Notes under the pieces: model-generated
What the model saw: only the letters and a program-made list of their open reading frames with translations
What the model was told of the DNA's origin: nothing
Databases searched by the model: none
Assembly (NCBI GenBank): GCA_008632985.1
Contig: QPGO01000067.1
Location: 62,001-126,000, forward strand
Reading direction: 5' to 3'
DNA length: 64,000 bases
Source: Psammoneis japonica
Lineage: Eukaryota
Part shown: positions 24,011 through 36,129 of the stretch, piece after piece
Layout: every line of letters begins with the position of its first letter
How positions within the stretch are numbered: the stretch's first letter is position 1
Position numbers and translations under genes: made by a program

Positions 24011-27000
24011 TGAAAACACATCTGCATCACCTTGGTGCAGAAAAGGACACAAACAACATCAGGCTTGAGCAGAAACAGAGAATTTTTGTCTGTCAGCAGA
24101 TCAACAATGTGCTGCACACAAGCCAGAGCATTGAGCTGAAGAGCCCGCACTCCAGCCAAGCATGTCACACCCAACAGCAGCAAAAATCCAGAGCCTCCAC
24201 AATGTTGAATTTGAAATGATGTGAGTGGCTGTGACATTTGTGAAACATGAAAAACAGCAATGCAGAGACATTGGGCATCAGCTGAAGAAGTGCTGTTTGT
24301 CCAACAGTGGGGTGCAGACAGAGACAAGCTGTTGATGCCAACTTTCTCCACAAGGTGTGCTTGCAAAGCATTTTTGTGGCAAATCTGCATGTTGCCATTG
24401 CACAGATCTGGGCCAAGTCTTTCATTCTCAAATCATGGAAGCACTGGTGTTTCTCATGGTTGGCTTGCTGTGCAGCTGCACAAAGGTGCACTTCTTCAAT
24501 GAGCAGAGACTGCAAAAGGAGGCTCAGATGAGGTCGCAAGTGTCCTGCACCTTTGTTGCAGAAACCACACAAACTCAGATGTGCTGCACATCTTGGCTGT
24601 CATTTGCTGTGATGGTTGTGCCAGACAAAGTTGGAACAACTGACTGGCACTGTTCTTTGAAACAATTGTGGACCCACACTCTGCTCCTTTTCCCAAATGA
24701 AATTGCCCGCTGGTTGACAAGACAGTGTGAACTCACTTTGCTTTTGTTTTGTTGCTGTGTGAGGCATTGGGCAGCACCTGCAAATTGGCACTCAAGAGAT
24801 TGATCTCTCTGTTCTTGTGGCAACATGTCCTCTGGCCACACACGCACCACTGAGCCAGACACACAGGGTGCAAGAGTTCAGAGGACTGCCCAAAAGATGC
24901 TGATCAGCATCTTTTGGGAAATCAATTTCCTGGGATGGCAGGTTTGTTCATGCCATGTCCAAAAGCCCTGATCTGGCCCTGGACAATGGTGTGTTGTGGG
25001 CTGGGATCACAAATGGGAGCTCTGACCACTGCCATGCATCTTCTTCCACACCAGCAAAAGCAGGGGGCAACAAGTCAAAACCTTTCAGAGTCCTGATCCC
25101 CCAAGCACTGTTTCTGTGCCCCCCACTCAGTGAGTGACTTGTGAGTGACTTTTTTCAACTGCCATTGCTTGAACTTTGGGTGTGGCAAGGACAGATTTGC
25201 ACCAAGAGACAGTTTTCTCAATGGTCGCCAGATGAAGCGCTGGCGCACCACACTGATCTTCCAAATGCTGCTGTGCACAGAAACAAGCAATGTGAGTGGA
25301 AATGGCAGAATTTTCAGAACAAAAGTGCAGTGCTCCCACACCTTGGTCATGCCGATCTGTGTGGCTTGGGCAAGAGAATGCCAAGGGCCAATGGAAGCAT
25401 TGACCAAAGGCACCCAGATCTCAAAACAAGGCCTGATGATGCTCATCTGAGGAAGATGAAAGTGAGGTGCTTTTCATCATGTTTGGAGTGTGATGTGGGA
25501 AAATGAGTGAATGTCTCCAGGGATTGCTGTGGTTTGATGGAAAAGAATGGAAAAGAAGAGCTCTGCCTGCAAGACAAAGGCAAAAAGGAAGGAAAAAGAA
25601 TGGGGTGAGCTGCTCAGCACCATGTTGCCACCTGAGAAAGAGGAAATTTTGGCTGTGGCTGTGCCAGAAGCCAAGGGATCTAAAGCTGCCAGCATTTTTT
25701 TCCAGAGGGACAGATTGTGGGCAAGCAGGTGACAATGAGAGTGCACAGTCAATGGAGCACTCTTCTTTGGAGTTGACAACACTTGGGGGAAGAGGCAGGG
25801 GGGGGGAATGATCAAGCCAAGGCTCTGCAGAAGGAATTCATCAAAAATGCAAAGGAGAAGAGTGCAGCTCTGCCAGAAAGAAAGTGTGCAAAAAGTGAGA
25901 GTTTGTGTGTGAGCAATGGTTTGACACATTCAATGACATGAATGATGTGCAGGGATGACATGGCAAAAGAGTGGGAGAGCAGGTTGATCAGCTGAAATGT
26001 CCATGCAAACCAGCAACTTTAATGTGACAATGTGTGTTTGTCTTTTGCTCACCTTCATCATTGGCAAAGTCACATGAATTGTTGCAGCACACTTCTGGCT
26101 CCTGCTGAGAAACAACTTTCAAGTCGACTGTTTGAGCAAGGTGACAGCATGAGCATGCATCCAATGCACTCTCCTCCATTGTTTTCCATGATGCTTTTTT
26201 AACATCAGCCAAATGCCCTCAGCTTCTACATGGATTTCTGCACAACTTCTCACACTGATGTCACCCTTCTCAGATGGTGTTGTGTTGGCTCCAACAAGCC
26301 CATTTTGTCCACAGTTGCCAGCAGCACAACTTCATTGCAGCATGAAGAGCAATGTTCTTCAGCGGAAAATGACGGGTGTCAAAGCCTCATGCTTTGCATG
26401 CTGGCTGCCATTCATTGTAATTTTCTGTCATCTTAGAAAATTTTCTGCAGCACACAGGCTCCAGTGCAAATTCTGCATGGCTCTGCTGAAACCACTGATG
26501 ATCTGCATGACACATCTCTGCAGTCAACTTTGGTCCCTGCCAGTTGGTCTTCAATGCCACTTCCTTTCTCTGCCATTTGGTCAAGTCTTTTGCTCTTGGG
26601 GTGAAAGCACTTCCTCTGTTGTGGCTCTTTCCAGCACAAACAAGAGCGGCACCCTTTGGCATCAGTTGGTTGTCATCTGCTTGCTTCACCCACCAGCATT
26701 TCTGCACAATGTCTGGCATTGTTTCTGTGTGTGACAAACATTTTTTCTGATGACCCACCCATCTCACCTTCAAAGCTCCCAGCTCCATGCATCCAAGTTT
26801 TTTGCACAATCTTTCCTTTGCATGAGTGCAGTTCTCTTTGGTGCATGAATGAGTGGCCTTGCAGCCCAGGTCAGTGTTGGCTTTGGAAGCACATTCCAAG
26901 GTGCTCAGTGTTTTTTTTTTGAAGACCACCAGTCATCTGAGCATGGCTGTCCTGCGCATCTGTGGTGCACCTTTTGTTGCTGTCACCAAAAGTGTGCAAC

Positions 27001-27529
27001 AAAGTCCTTGTGCAAATTGTTTCCATTCAACTGTTCAGTGGGGTGTCACTGACAGGTGATGCCCACACTGGCCAATTGGCAGCACTTCTGCCACACTGTG
27101 CAGTGTGCTGGAAGCATGGGTTGGCCAGCACCGGCACAGCCAACAATGGAGCAGCAGCACTCCAAGTGCAGATCTGCTTTTTGCATCTTCTTCAATGGCA
27201 CTGGTGGTTGACAATGCAAAACACAAATGAAGGAGCGAGAAGGCTCAAGAGAACATCACCAAAAACAAGGTGGCACACTCAAAAACTCGGCGTTGATGTG
27301 CTGCTTGTGGCTCACAGTGGCTCTCAAGCAAAAAGCAACAACAGCGGGGGGGGGGGGGGACAGCAGTCAAAAAGCAGGGGTGAGTGTCATGGTGAAGTGA
27401 TGGTTGAGAGCAAGATGTGACCATGCAAAATCTTGTGTGGAATCTTGCGAAAATTGATTGTTGAGAATCAGACCTCATGGCGCCAACTGGAATCTTGTGA
27501 AAATGGAACTCTTGTGAAAAATCTGTCAC

Positions 27530-29790
27530 ATGAATCTGAAGTCAAAATGGCGATCATTGTCAACAAGAAGTCAATCAACAGTCCCAACCATCAACCATGT
27601 GTTGCATGTCAATGGCTTGCACATCACTGAATTGAACAATTCAAGAAGAATTGACTTCTTCATTGCTTTTTTTGGTCAAAAGAGCACAACAACAACATCG
27701 AGCAAGAGTGTTTTGGCAGCATTTTCGACTCCAGAATGGCACCCAAAGCACAGAAAGACTCTCACAAGTGACACAAACTGTGCTCTGTCAAACAAGGCTG
27801 GAACATTCATCACAATGTCTTGATTGATGTTGCTTCTTGCACAAAAGCCACCATTGTCATTCACAATTTCGAAGTTGGTGTGAAAATCACTTTGTGTTCA
27901 AAATTCGTGATTGCACATTTTCATTGATGAGATGTTAGAATGTTCAGTGCACAAATGAACCATGTGTGAGCAGTTTTTTTGAGGCATGTGCACAACAAGT
28001 GCAAAGCAGCACAATGTTGGACAGACAACAGTCGTGCATTTGTTGCGATTTGTGCGACAAATTGCTGTCAATGCCGCCGCCGCCGACGACATTTTTCTCA
28101 TGCCCTCACAGGATGACTTTGCAATGAGCACTTGTCACAATGATTGACTGCACTGTTTGCAACATGAGTGTGTGAAGAAAGTCCCCCTGACAAAGTCTCA
28201 ATCATTCAACAATGAATGCATGACAGTGACAGGCAGGAAAACAAAGCTTGGCATTGACAAAATGTTTTGCTTTTGAGTGGAGGTTGCTCTTGGGGACTTT
28301 CATGACTGAGCACATTCTCAAACTTAATGACCCAAATGTCTGTGATGACAAAAGACTCTGGGACATGTTGCTGTCATTGCTGTTGTTGCAACAACGCACC
28401 ACCATCATGTTGCCAATTTTTGGCGATGATGCACACAGCGCGCACAAAGTTTCCAGCACAAAAAAGTTCAGAAAGTCCAGTCATCTTGCCATCCATCAGC
28501 TCATTGTGCAAATGCCTTTAAAGTCAGTGACAGCCATGCTGAAGAATTGAACTTTGATTCTTAAAAGAAAACAGGATGGCGGAACTTGTGAATCGTCCGT
28601 TGAGTGTGCACATTGAGCTTGAATTTTGCACTCAACAGAAATCCAATTCTCAAGAATCAGCACCCGGATTCTTGAGGAGGGTCATCCCCACGTTTGTCCT
28701 GGAATTGCTGTGGCATTTGAATGAGGATGTTTGCAGTGTTCATTTTTTAATGCAAAAATTGTTCACATTCACCCCCGATCGTGCACCAAAACAAGAACAT
28801 CTGGCACCGCGATTGAGGCACGACAATGACGGCAATGTTGACACAGCTCAAAAACACAGTGGTCCATCCTCAATCATTTGATGCATGTGTGACCTTTGAC
28901 ACATCACAGCAAACATAAAATGAGTGAGAGTTGACAGATGGACCACCTCCGTCAAAGACTTGTGGCTTGATGTGTGTTTTCGCCATGGTGGGGCATGGTG
29001 AAAATCAGGAAAAACCATGCAAATCATGAGCTGTTTGGTCAAATTCGAGCTGAAAAAAGCAGCAAATGACCCCCCCCCCCCCCCCTTGAGAATCGGTTTT
29101 CACAAGTTTGTTTGCAGCAGATCTTCTTTGTCAAAGCTTTCTCGCTGTCATTGACACACGCGTTGGCTCATGTGAAAGATCTTTTTCTCCACTTGCTGGC
29201 CATTTGATTTTTGCAAAAACTTCTTGGCACAGGCCCATTGTGCACCCAAAACCCCAAATTGCACACATTTTTTTGGCAATTTGTGCAGTGCGTGCAATTC
29301 CACGTGTCTCTGGTGCTGGATGATGGCAAGACGTGCGACAATCCAATTGAAGGAGAGTTCAACCGCCCTGCGTTCATCGTGAATTTCAAAGAGGAGCTGA
29401 AGGTGCACAAGGAGAAGATTGATGAAACAGATGATGACCATCATGGCACGCATGCATTGAAAATGCAGGAAGGCAGCTGGAGAGGAGCACGATCTGAGCA
29501 ACCTTGAAGAACACACGGGCCGACTGGCTTGGAAAAGAAGATGTTGCAGAGGTTGCAAGGAGGAGGGTTTGGGAATGGCGGCATGTTCACCATGAGATGC
29601 ATTTGTCCATGTCTGAAGCTGCACATCTGGCCAGTGGTCCTCGTGCAACTTTCCAGCACTTCAGCTGAGCAAGCTTTTTCTCGGCTCAAGCACATTGTTG
29701 AGACAGCTCAGCGCAGCACGCTGCATGATGCCATTTTGTTGCATCTTTTTTCTTGTTTGCACTGGGGACATGATGTCAATCAAGACTGTT
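27530..29790 (+). mobile_element. hAT-superfamily transposase remnant
   Basis: C-terminal dimerisation motif VLVQLSSTSAEQAFSRLKHI (compare SSASxERxFS), preceded by FKEELK and an ARR..VWEW-like segment. Many stops and frameshifts. The 5' limit is approximate. Confidence 0.7.
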
Positions 29791-30291
29791 GGCAGTGCTG
29801 CAAGAGAAGCTCAGATTCGAGAGAGCTCTTTCTCAGCTCCATCGCGGCTGCCATGATGGCGCAATTTTGTTGTGTCATTTTTCTCATTGGCAAATGAGGG
29901 GTGTGATTCAGTGGCAATGCAGTGCAGCAGCAATGTGGTTGATGTGATGTGGCAGCAATGTGATGCACCAGCAATGTGGTGCAGCAAAATGCAATCGAGA
30001 AGCAATGAGCGGTGTCATTGCCGCGTTGCCGGTGATGAAGCACGATTGCGCTGAACCTGGCACTGCACCACGTACATTCATTCTGCGCAGTGCAATGCAT
30101 TGCGCATTCTGCTGACAGAAAATCCCCACTTTGGGTGGGGGGTGGGGGTGAAATCATTCGAAAATGTCGCGTGGGTCATAATTGATTTTTTGCATGTGGA
30201 AAAACACAAAATCGTGTAGAAATGTACACAATGTCATACGAGAGAATGATTAGAGCTAACAACTTTTCGGGAACTGAATTGAAAAATGCTG

Positions 30292-30344
30292 TCTGATCGA
30301 CGGTGTTGGCCTTCACCATGTGAATCAAAATGCCGTCGATCAGA
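30292..30344. repeat. Imperfect palindrome/hairpin
   Basis: tctgatcgacgg ... ccgtcgatcaga forms perfect 12-bp arms that extend imperfectly to about 25 bp. Confidence 0.75.
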
Positions 30345-30346
30345 TG

Positions 30347-30844
30347 CCAGCAAAAAACCGAATTGAGTCCCCATTTTTGCCACATGTTGAATGGCCATTT
30401 TTTGTCCATCATTGGCCTAAAACTGACCATTTCTTCGCATTTCCTAGCTTTTCATCTCGCGTAATGACTCAATTCGGTCCCCCTGTACATTTCTACGTGT
30501 CAAGTACCAGAAGAAATTCAACATATCTCCAAATCAGCAACCAGCACGGAGGAGTGATGATATATGATGTACGTGTCTTGATAAAAAAATTACATGAGAA
30601 TTGTTGAATCTCGTTTTCGCTTCAAAAAATACAAACGACCATGTTCGACGGCAACGGGAAGCCGAAGAAAACTGAAACACCCAAATCCAAGCACATGGTC
30701 AGAAGCAGCAGCGATTGAAGATTGTCACAGCAACAAGAACAGTTTGATTACTTTTTTTTTCATCATTTTATCGATCGATTCAACATATGGGTCTGACAAG
30801 GACTCAGTTCAGTCACATAAGGACTCAATTCGGTTTTTTACTGG
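30347..30844. mobile_element. MITE with 24-bp TIRs, probably Tc1/mariner type (TA target site)
   Basis: Left ccagcaaaaaaccgaattgagtcc; right ggactcaattcggttttttactgg followed by TA. The left flank reads TG. Confidence 0.75.
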
Positions 30845-30859
30845 TAGGGCCCTAGCTAG

Positions 30860-30987
30860 CATTTCAATTTATTTCCCGAGAAGCTCACATTCATATACGG
30901 ACGGATGGACAGACTGATAATAATTATTCTTAGTACTCTCCTACACAATTTCTACGTGATGACTCTCAGGACCCGAATGATTCCTAC
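30860..30987 (+). repeat. Short dispersed element with a (GAC)-type microsatellite, possibly Helentron-associated (DINE-1/HINE-like)
   Basis: tttcccgagaagctcacattcatatacggacggatggacagac; second copy at 23883-24010. The family assignment is by resemblance only. Confidence 0.45.
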
Positions 30988-31026
30988 TTTTTTTGCACTG
31001 CGCATACGCAATGGGCCTGTGCCTAA

Positions 31027-32364
31027 GGCACGTTCCCACCCTGATAATTTCGGCCGTAAAATAAATATAATTTGGCCAAATTTACGTATTTACGGGCGTC
31101 AGACTGGGAACGAATTCGATCGGTAAAAAACATCAAAATCTCATGTCGAGCTCGGTGAGGACGCTACACGCGCTACAGCTAGAGCACTGTTGACCGTGCA
31201 CTGCTACCCTCTCTACTCTAGCTAGAGTAGAGGCTTTCTAGAGCTAGAGTAGAGCTGGAAATCGTTGTCCATTTTGCGATTGCTCTACGGTAACTGAAGA
31301 CTCATAATACCAGTGAAGGTCGGAAGAAATACATCCAATATCCAATCACTAGCAAGAGTGCAGAGAGAGCAGAAAGACCCACGAAACAATGGCATGCAGT
31401 AAGACTACAGCATGTAAACTACTAAATGAAATTTCTACAGCGTATAAGGTGCTAAAAGGCACTATTCTTATCTCTTGCAGTTTACCAATGGCTTAAATCC
31501 ATTTCAAAGAGCAAAAAAACACAGAGCAAGTCGCAGAGAAGAGAGCAGAAAATAGAGCAAGGCACTGTGAGGCACATTGCAGACGATGTTGTGCAAAATA
31601 TTGACCCCCACCAACATAATTGTCCCAACTTACGATGAGGTTAATGAAATAAGTGCACACAGTCTTCTTCATAGTCACATTCTATCACAACGGAGCAAAA
31701 GCCTTGCTGTTGTCGACGTGACCAAAATTCTTGTGTTCTTGACTCTTGACCGTCAATCAAGTATAACAACCTTGAGTATACACCCAAGAACCACCTCAAT
31801 GTAACATCAGATCATATATTGCTGCGAAGATTCAGCGTCAAGTCTGTAGACGCATGGTTTGTGAAGAATACCAACGCGAAATCTGAAAAGAGAAACGAAG
31901 ACATCAAAACTACCATGAGTCGACACGGACGTCATAAGCCACAACAACAACGAAAACTCAAGATTCTGACAAGTTGATCGTATCAAGCGTAGTCTTATTA
32001 ACCTGTCTCTATATTGTTACCTTCGTAGACTGGACGGTCGTTCGTGTATGAACGGGTCCGTTCATGGCAGCAGCCATCATGGTTGTTGTGCGGATCGATC
32101 GGAGCAGAGAAATAAAATGGGAGAGGTTGTGACGTGGCACGTTCGAGCTCCCAAAACGCCGAATTTACCGTGAAAATTATATTTACGGGAGAGAATTTAC
32201 GACGACCGACACCTGTCGTCGTAAATTGCTGATAATTACGGCTGTAAATTGAAGGATGGAAAACAGACGTGCGATTTTTCTTGTACGAGAGTTTCTACAG
32301 GAATTTTATGTAGAACGAAATTATATTTATTTTACGGCCGAAATTATCGGGGTGGGAACGTGCC
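31027..32364. mobile_element. Non-autonomous PIF/Harbinger-like element
   Basis: TIRs of about 47 bp (ggcacgttcccaccctgataatttcggccgtaaaataaatataattt, one mismatch) flanked on both sides by TAA. Confidence 0.85.
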
Positions 32365-32450
32365 TAAAAACTTCAAAACAGTCATTTTCCCGAGTTTTCA
32401 TCATCGGTGGAGGTTCGAGCCAGTCAAAAAATCGCTCGTCACCATTCACC

Positions 32451-33605
32451 ATGGCCGTCGTGCGACGCCAGCCCAAGAGTTTCGTCTCATTGTCGACACT
32501 CTTTCTGGTTGCTGGTGCTTTAGCTGTTGGACTGCTTGTTGGGCGGTTGACTGGGGGCGGACTGGACGAATTTGCCACCACCTCCAACGCACGTCTCGAC
32601 GTCAATAGCAACCAATTTGCGGGCACACGAGGAGGGAAAGCGCTTGGTGAGCAGGAGGATGTGAGAATTACAAACGGCCTTGATTCTTCTCCCTACAGGA
32701 GTCCCTTTCTCAAGACTTTTCCAATGCAAGAGCTGGACCAACTCAATACAGAAGCGGCGGAGAACCGACGAAGACAAGCCAGAAACCGCAACACCACCAA
32801 CTATCTTCACCAAGAATTGAGCAACAACTATCCTTATCTGAAACTAGTCTTGCGCACTATGACCGTGGAAAGCATTTTTGAGGAACCTCAAATAAACGAA
32901 CCCTTCATAACGGAAGAAGGCAAACGGACCAATGGCGGGTGCGACCAAAACTCGCCCAAGTGCATCTTGACGTGGGACGGCTGGGGCCGCGCCATGGCCA
33001 CGGGCGATGTCTTGTACGACGTGATTCGCCGTCAAGTTCCGGGGGACGTGGTTGAGGTGGGCGTTTTCAAAGGAGGCATGGCGGCCTATTTGCAGGCCAT
33101 GCTTATGGCCATGGACGAAACGAGCCGACGCAAGGTGTGGTTGGTCGACTCCTTCAAGGGACTACCGCCCACGTCTCTCATGGTTTCAGCAGTGGATGAT
33201 TCGGGAAGCGCCAACAACAATTCTACGCAGGTTCAGAGTTCTTGGGCTGGCAAGTTGAGCGTGGGCCTGCAAACAGTGCAGAATAATTTGGACCGCATGG
33301 GATTGTTGGACCCTGGCAACGTTGGCTTTTTGGAAGGCTATGTACAGCATTCCCTTCCCAACTGGAACGAAGCGCAGGAAATTGCCATCTTGCGAATTGA
33401 CGTGGACATTTACGCAGCCACATACGACGCGCTGCATTATTTATATCCCCGGTTGAGTCGGGGTGGCGCCGTGCTCTTTGACGACTGGAAATTTGAATTC
33501 TCTCGAGAGGCGGTTATAAACTATCGAAAGAAGTATGGCATCACCACGCCCGTGCAGTTTCTCAATGGGACAGTGGATCCCATGGCCTACTGGATCAAAG
33601 AATGA
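32451..33605 (+). CDS. TylF/MycF/NovP-family O-methyltransferase with N-terminal membrane anchor (copy A)
   Basis: VPGDVVEVGVFKGG, VWLVDSFKGLP, FLEGYVQHSLP, IAILRIDVDIYAATYDALHYLYPRLSRGGAVLFDDW. 384 aa, collinear with copy B. Confidence 0.9.
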   Translation: MAVVRRQPKSFVSLSTLFLVAGALAVGLLVGRLTGGGLDEFATTSNARLDVNSNQFAGTRGGKALGEQEDVRITNGLDSSPYRSPFLKTFPMQELDQLNTEAAENRRRQARNRNTTNYLHQELSNNYPYLKLVLRTMTVESIFEEPQINEPFITEEGKRTNGGCDQNSPKCILTWDGWGRAMATGDVLYDVIRRQVPGDVVEVGVFKGGMAAYLQAMLMAMDETSRRKVWLVDSFKGLPPTSLMVSAVDDSGSANNNSTQVQSSWAGKLSVGLQTVQNNLDRMGLLDPGNVGFLEGYVQHSLPNWNEAQEIAILRIDVDIYAATYDALHYLYPRLSRGGAVLFDDWKFEFSREAVINYRKKYGITTPVQFLNGTVDPMAYWIKE

Positions 33606-34039
33606 ACAGCCTCGGACTCCATGGAAACCATACTCTAATAAGTGATACATTAGTCACGATAATGACGTCGCTCCGACCTCATCGAGCAACCATCTACTCC
33701 TTTTGTTCTTATCTAATGATAAGGTAATGACTTGACGTTGGACCCTTCTATTCTCATTGGTTGCTAACGCTTCTAACCGTGCCAACGAGCAGTGGTGCAA
33801 ATTGATTCATCTGTGGATCGAGGTGTACGGAACCAAACAATCGGAAGGCGCAGACATGTTGTGATCTGCATCAATTGGCTTAAGCTCCAGTGTTTGTACT
33901 TCTCAGCCTGCTCTGTTCTCGTGCGAAAAAACACCACCCAGGCATTGAAGGATCAAATCCCTGGAAGAGTCTTCCCAGAAACAAGAACTGACACAATGTC
34001 AATCGATTGACAGTCCAGCCCCAGCAGAATGTTTCAACC

Positions 34040-34310
34040 TCCAACAATCTCTCCCATCGGCAGAACAGATTTGTGGAAGGTGCTGTCCTTGTCTCATCTT
34101 GGAAATCATTGAGATGATCCATGGGAGCATGTCCAAACCAGTGAAGAACTGGTGCAGACCAAAATCTGTGGACATGTCTCTGTGCCTGGGACAAGGTGCA
34201 AGTGTGGTGGACATTGACACTCCAAACAATGCTTTGGACCCATTCCAGAGAAATGTGATGTGACAGCAACTGCGTCTCACCAAATTCTGAAAAGAACGTG
34301 ACCTGGAGAT
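34040..34310 (-). pseudogene. CDIN1/C15orf41 (TPD domain)-like fragment, mutated copy
   Basis: SKALFG followed, across a frameshift, by QAQRHVHRFWSAPVLHWFGHAP. This resembles the family motif SKAxFG..Y.NRFGPGLVIYWFG. Confidence 0.5.
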
Positions 34311-36129
34311 GAGTGCAACAATTTTTTGGGCACATGATTCTTCTCAATGGCAGGCTTGCGGGCACTTGATTTCACAACAGTCAAGAAGGGAGGCAGCGCA
34401 TGTGGTCCCTCTAGCCTCTCTGCTGTGTGAAGGTTGTGATCAAATCTTGAGTCATGTTGTGGGTGCTCAACCTTGTCAAGTGTGCAGCAGAGCTGTTGCA
34501 AAGCACTGGCAGTGTGTGTTGAGATCATCTCTGAAGTTTGATCTCTGCCTGGGATCACTTGAGCAGTGCAAAGTCTGAGGTGATTGTGAGCCGCACATGT
34601 GGGTGGAGCTGCAACTCCATTGTCTCATTGTTGTTCTCTCTCTCTCTTCCCCCCCCCCCCCCCCTTCTGCATGTGCAGCACACATGATCAGTCAGCTGCT
34701 GTGTGTGATGAGCTCTCTCTTTTGCAGCCCTGATGGAGTGGCAAGACAGCTCAAAGTCAACATTTTTGTGCCACACCTCCTGCAATGCTCTGGTGCAGAG
34801 CCAGAACTTGCAGCTTTGGCCTGGCTCCAGACAATGAGCTGTTCATGGGGCCTGCAACAGAGCCAGCTTTGGCAGACCAATGCAGTCAGAAGATGATTTT
34901 GTAAATTCTTGAGCCCTGCAGGCAAAGGCGGTGAGATGATGAGCAAGTGAAAAACTGTGGGCCATCAGTGGTCAGCCCATGCATGGATAAAAAAGCAAAT
35001 GTGTCAGCTCCACAGACCTGCAGAAACCTTGTCCACTGTCAGAGTGAGGCACAACAAGACAGCTGTTTCACTCAATCATTGTTTTTTTTGCATTTCCTCA
35101 GGCAGGTGACCCCCCACATGTGCTGGAAAGTTTCCATCAGCACATGCTGCCTTTCAGAGATTTGTGCAATGAAGTCACCAACCTCACAAGAAGTTGTTGT
35201 CTTGTCTTTGCCACATGGCACAGTTGCAACCATTGCACTGAATTTTGTCCAGCGTGTGTTTGTTCTTACAAACTTTTTGTGCAATTTGCCAGCACTGCCT
35301 CTTTGGGTGTGCAAGCCCAAAACAAAACAAGCAAGTTTGGGCTGCTGGCATGTGAAGGAGGATGACAATGCAGTCAGTGGCCTGGGGAAGAGTGGCTGAC
35401 AACAGCAGCTTGCAAATCATTTTTGTCAATGTGGAAAAAGCTGTGTCAGGCAGGGTTGACAAAAGTGCAGAGGCAGCACATTTTGTTGCAGCTCCTTGAA
35501 AATTGCCATTGGCCCAGCACAATGCAAAACAGAAATCTCATTGTCAGCGGGGCACTGTTGAATGCAGCCCAGTGCAAGGAGGCTTGCCTTTGTCATCTTG
35601 ACAGTCCAGCCATGTCAAAGCCATTGTTTTGGATCAGTGCAAGCCCAGTGTGGTGACTCCCAAAAATCACAGCTTTCCAGCTCATGCCTTGAGCCAAGAA
35701 CCATCAAGTGGTGTCTCTGCAAATTGCTTCTAACTTTGCACATTAACCAAAGAAATGTTTTCTTGCAACAGAGTTTCTCAAGCAATCCAAGAAAGAGATT
35801 GAGAGATGCAGAAGCTTCAGAATGTTCATCCTTTGTCCAAACTGGCTCCTGTTTTTTGTGCCATTGCTGAGTGCAGAGTTGCATGACAAAAGCCTGCACA
35901 TCATGGTGTTGCAAAAATTTGAATTTTCCTGCCTGATTGGAGCAAAATGTCTTCTGGTAAAATTGCAGCAAACTCAGGTGGCTTTGTGCAACAATTGAGA
36001 CATTCAACACTCACAGCCTTGGAAAGAAAAACTGCCATTTTGTGAGTCTCCACCAAGGTTGTGTGAGGTGCAAGTTGCTGTCCCATTCCCCCATTTCCCC
36101 ATTGACCACCAAAACTGCCACACAGACTG

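Larger units (their letters stand above)
16790..30170. other. Hypermutated block 1: CpG- and TpA-depleted, TpG/CpA-rich decayed repeats
   Basis: TA is nearly absent over 13 kb. CG is nearly absent up to about 27.4 kb and partly retained after that. ORFs are almost free of Tyr and rich in Cys/His/Gln. Confidence 0.92.
32430..34775 (+). repeat. Segmental duplication copy A (homologous to about 48533-50900)
   Basis: The TylF gene plus about 1.2 kb downstream align with copy B. The part beyond about 33.9 kb carries the hypermutation signature. Confidence 0.88.

Noticed and set aside
24380..24450. Tyrosine recombinase suggested by HDLR on the minus strand
   Set aside because: It is a four-residue match in heavily mutated DNA without the other catalytic motifs.
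32256..32450. N-terminal extension of TylF copy A
   Set aside because: It lies mostly within the Harbinger-like element, and copy B starts at the equivalent of 32451.
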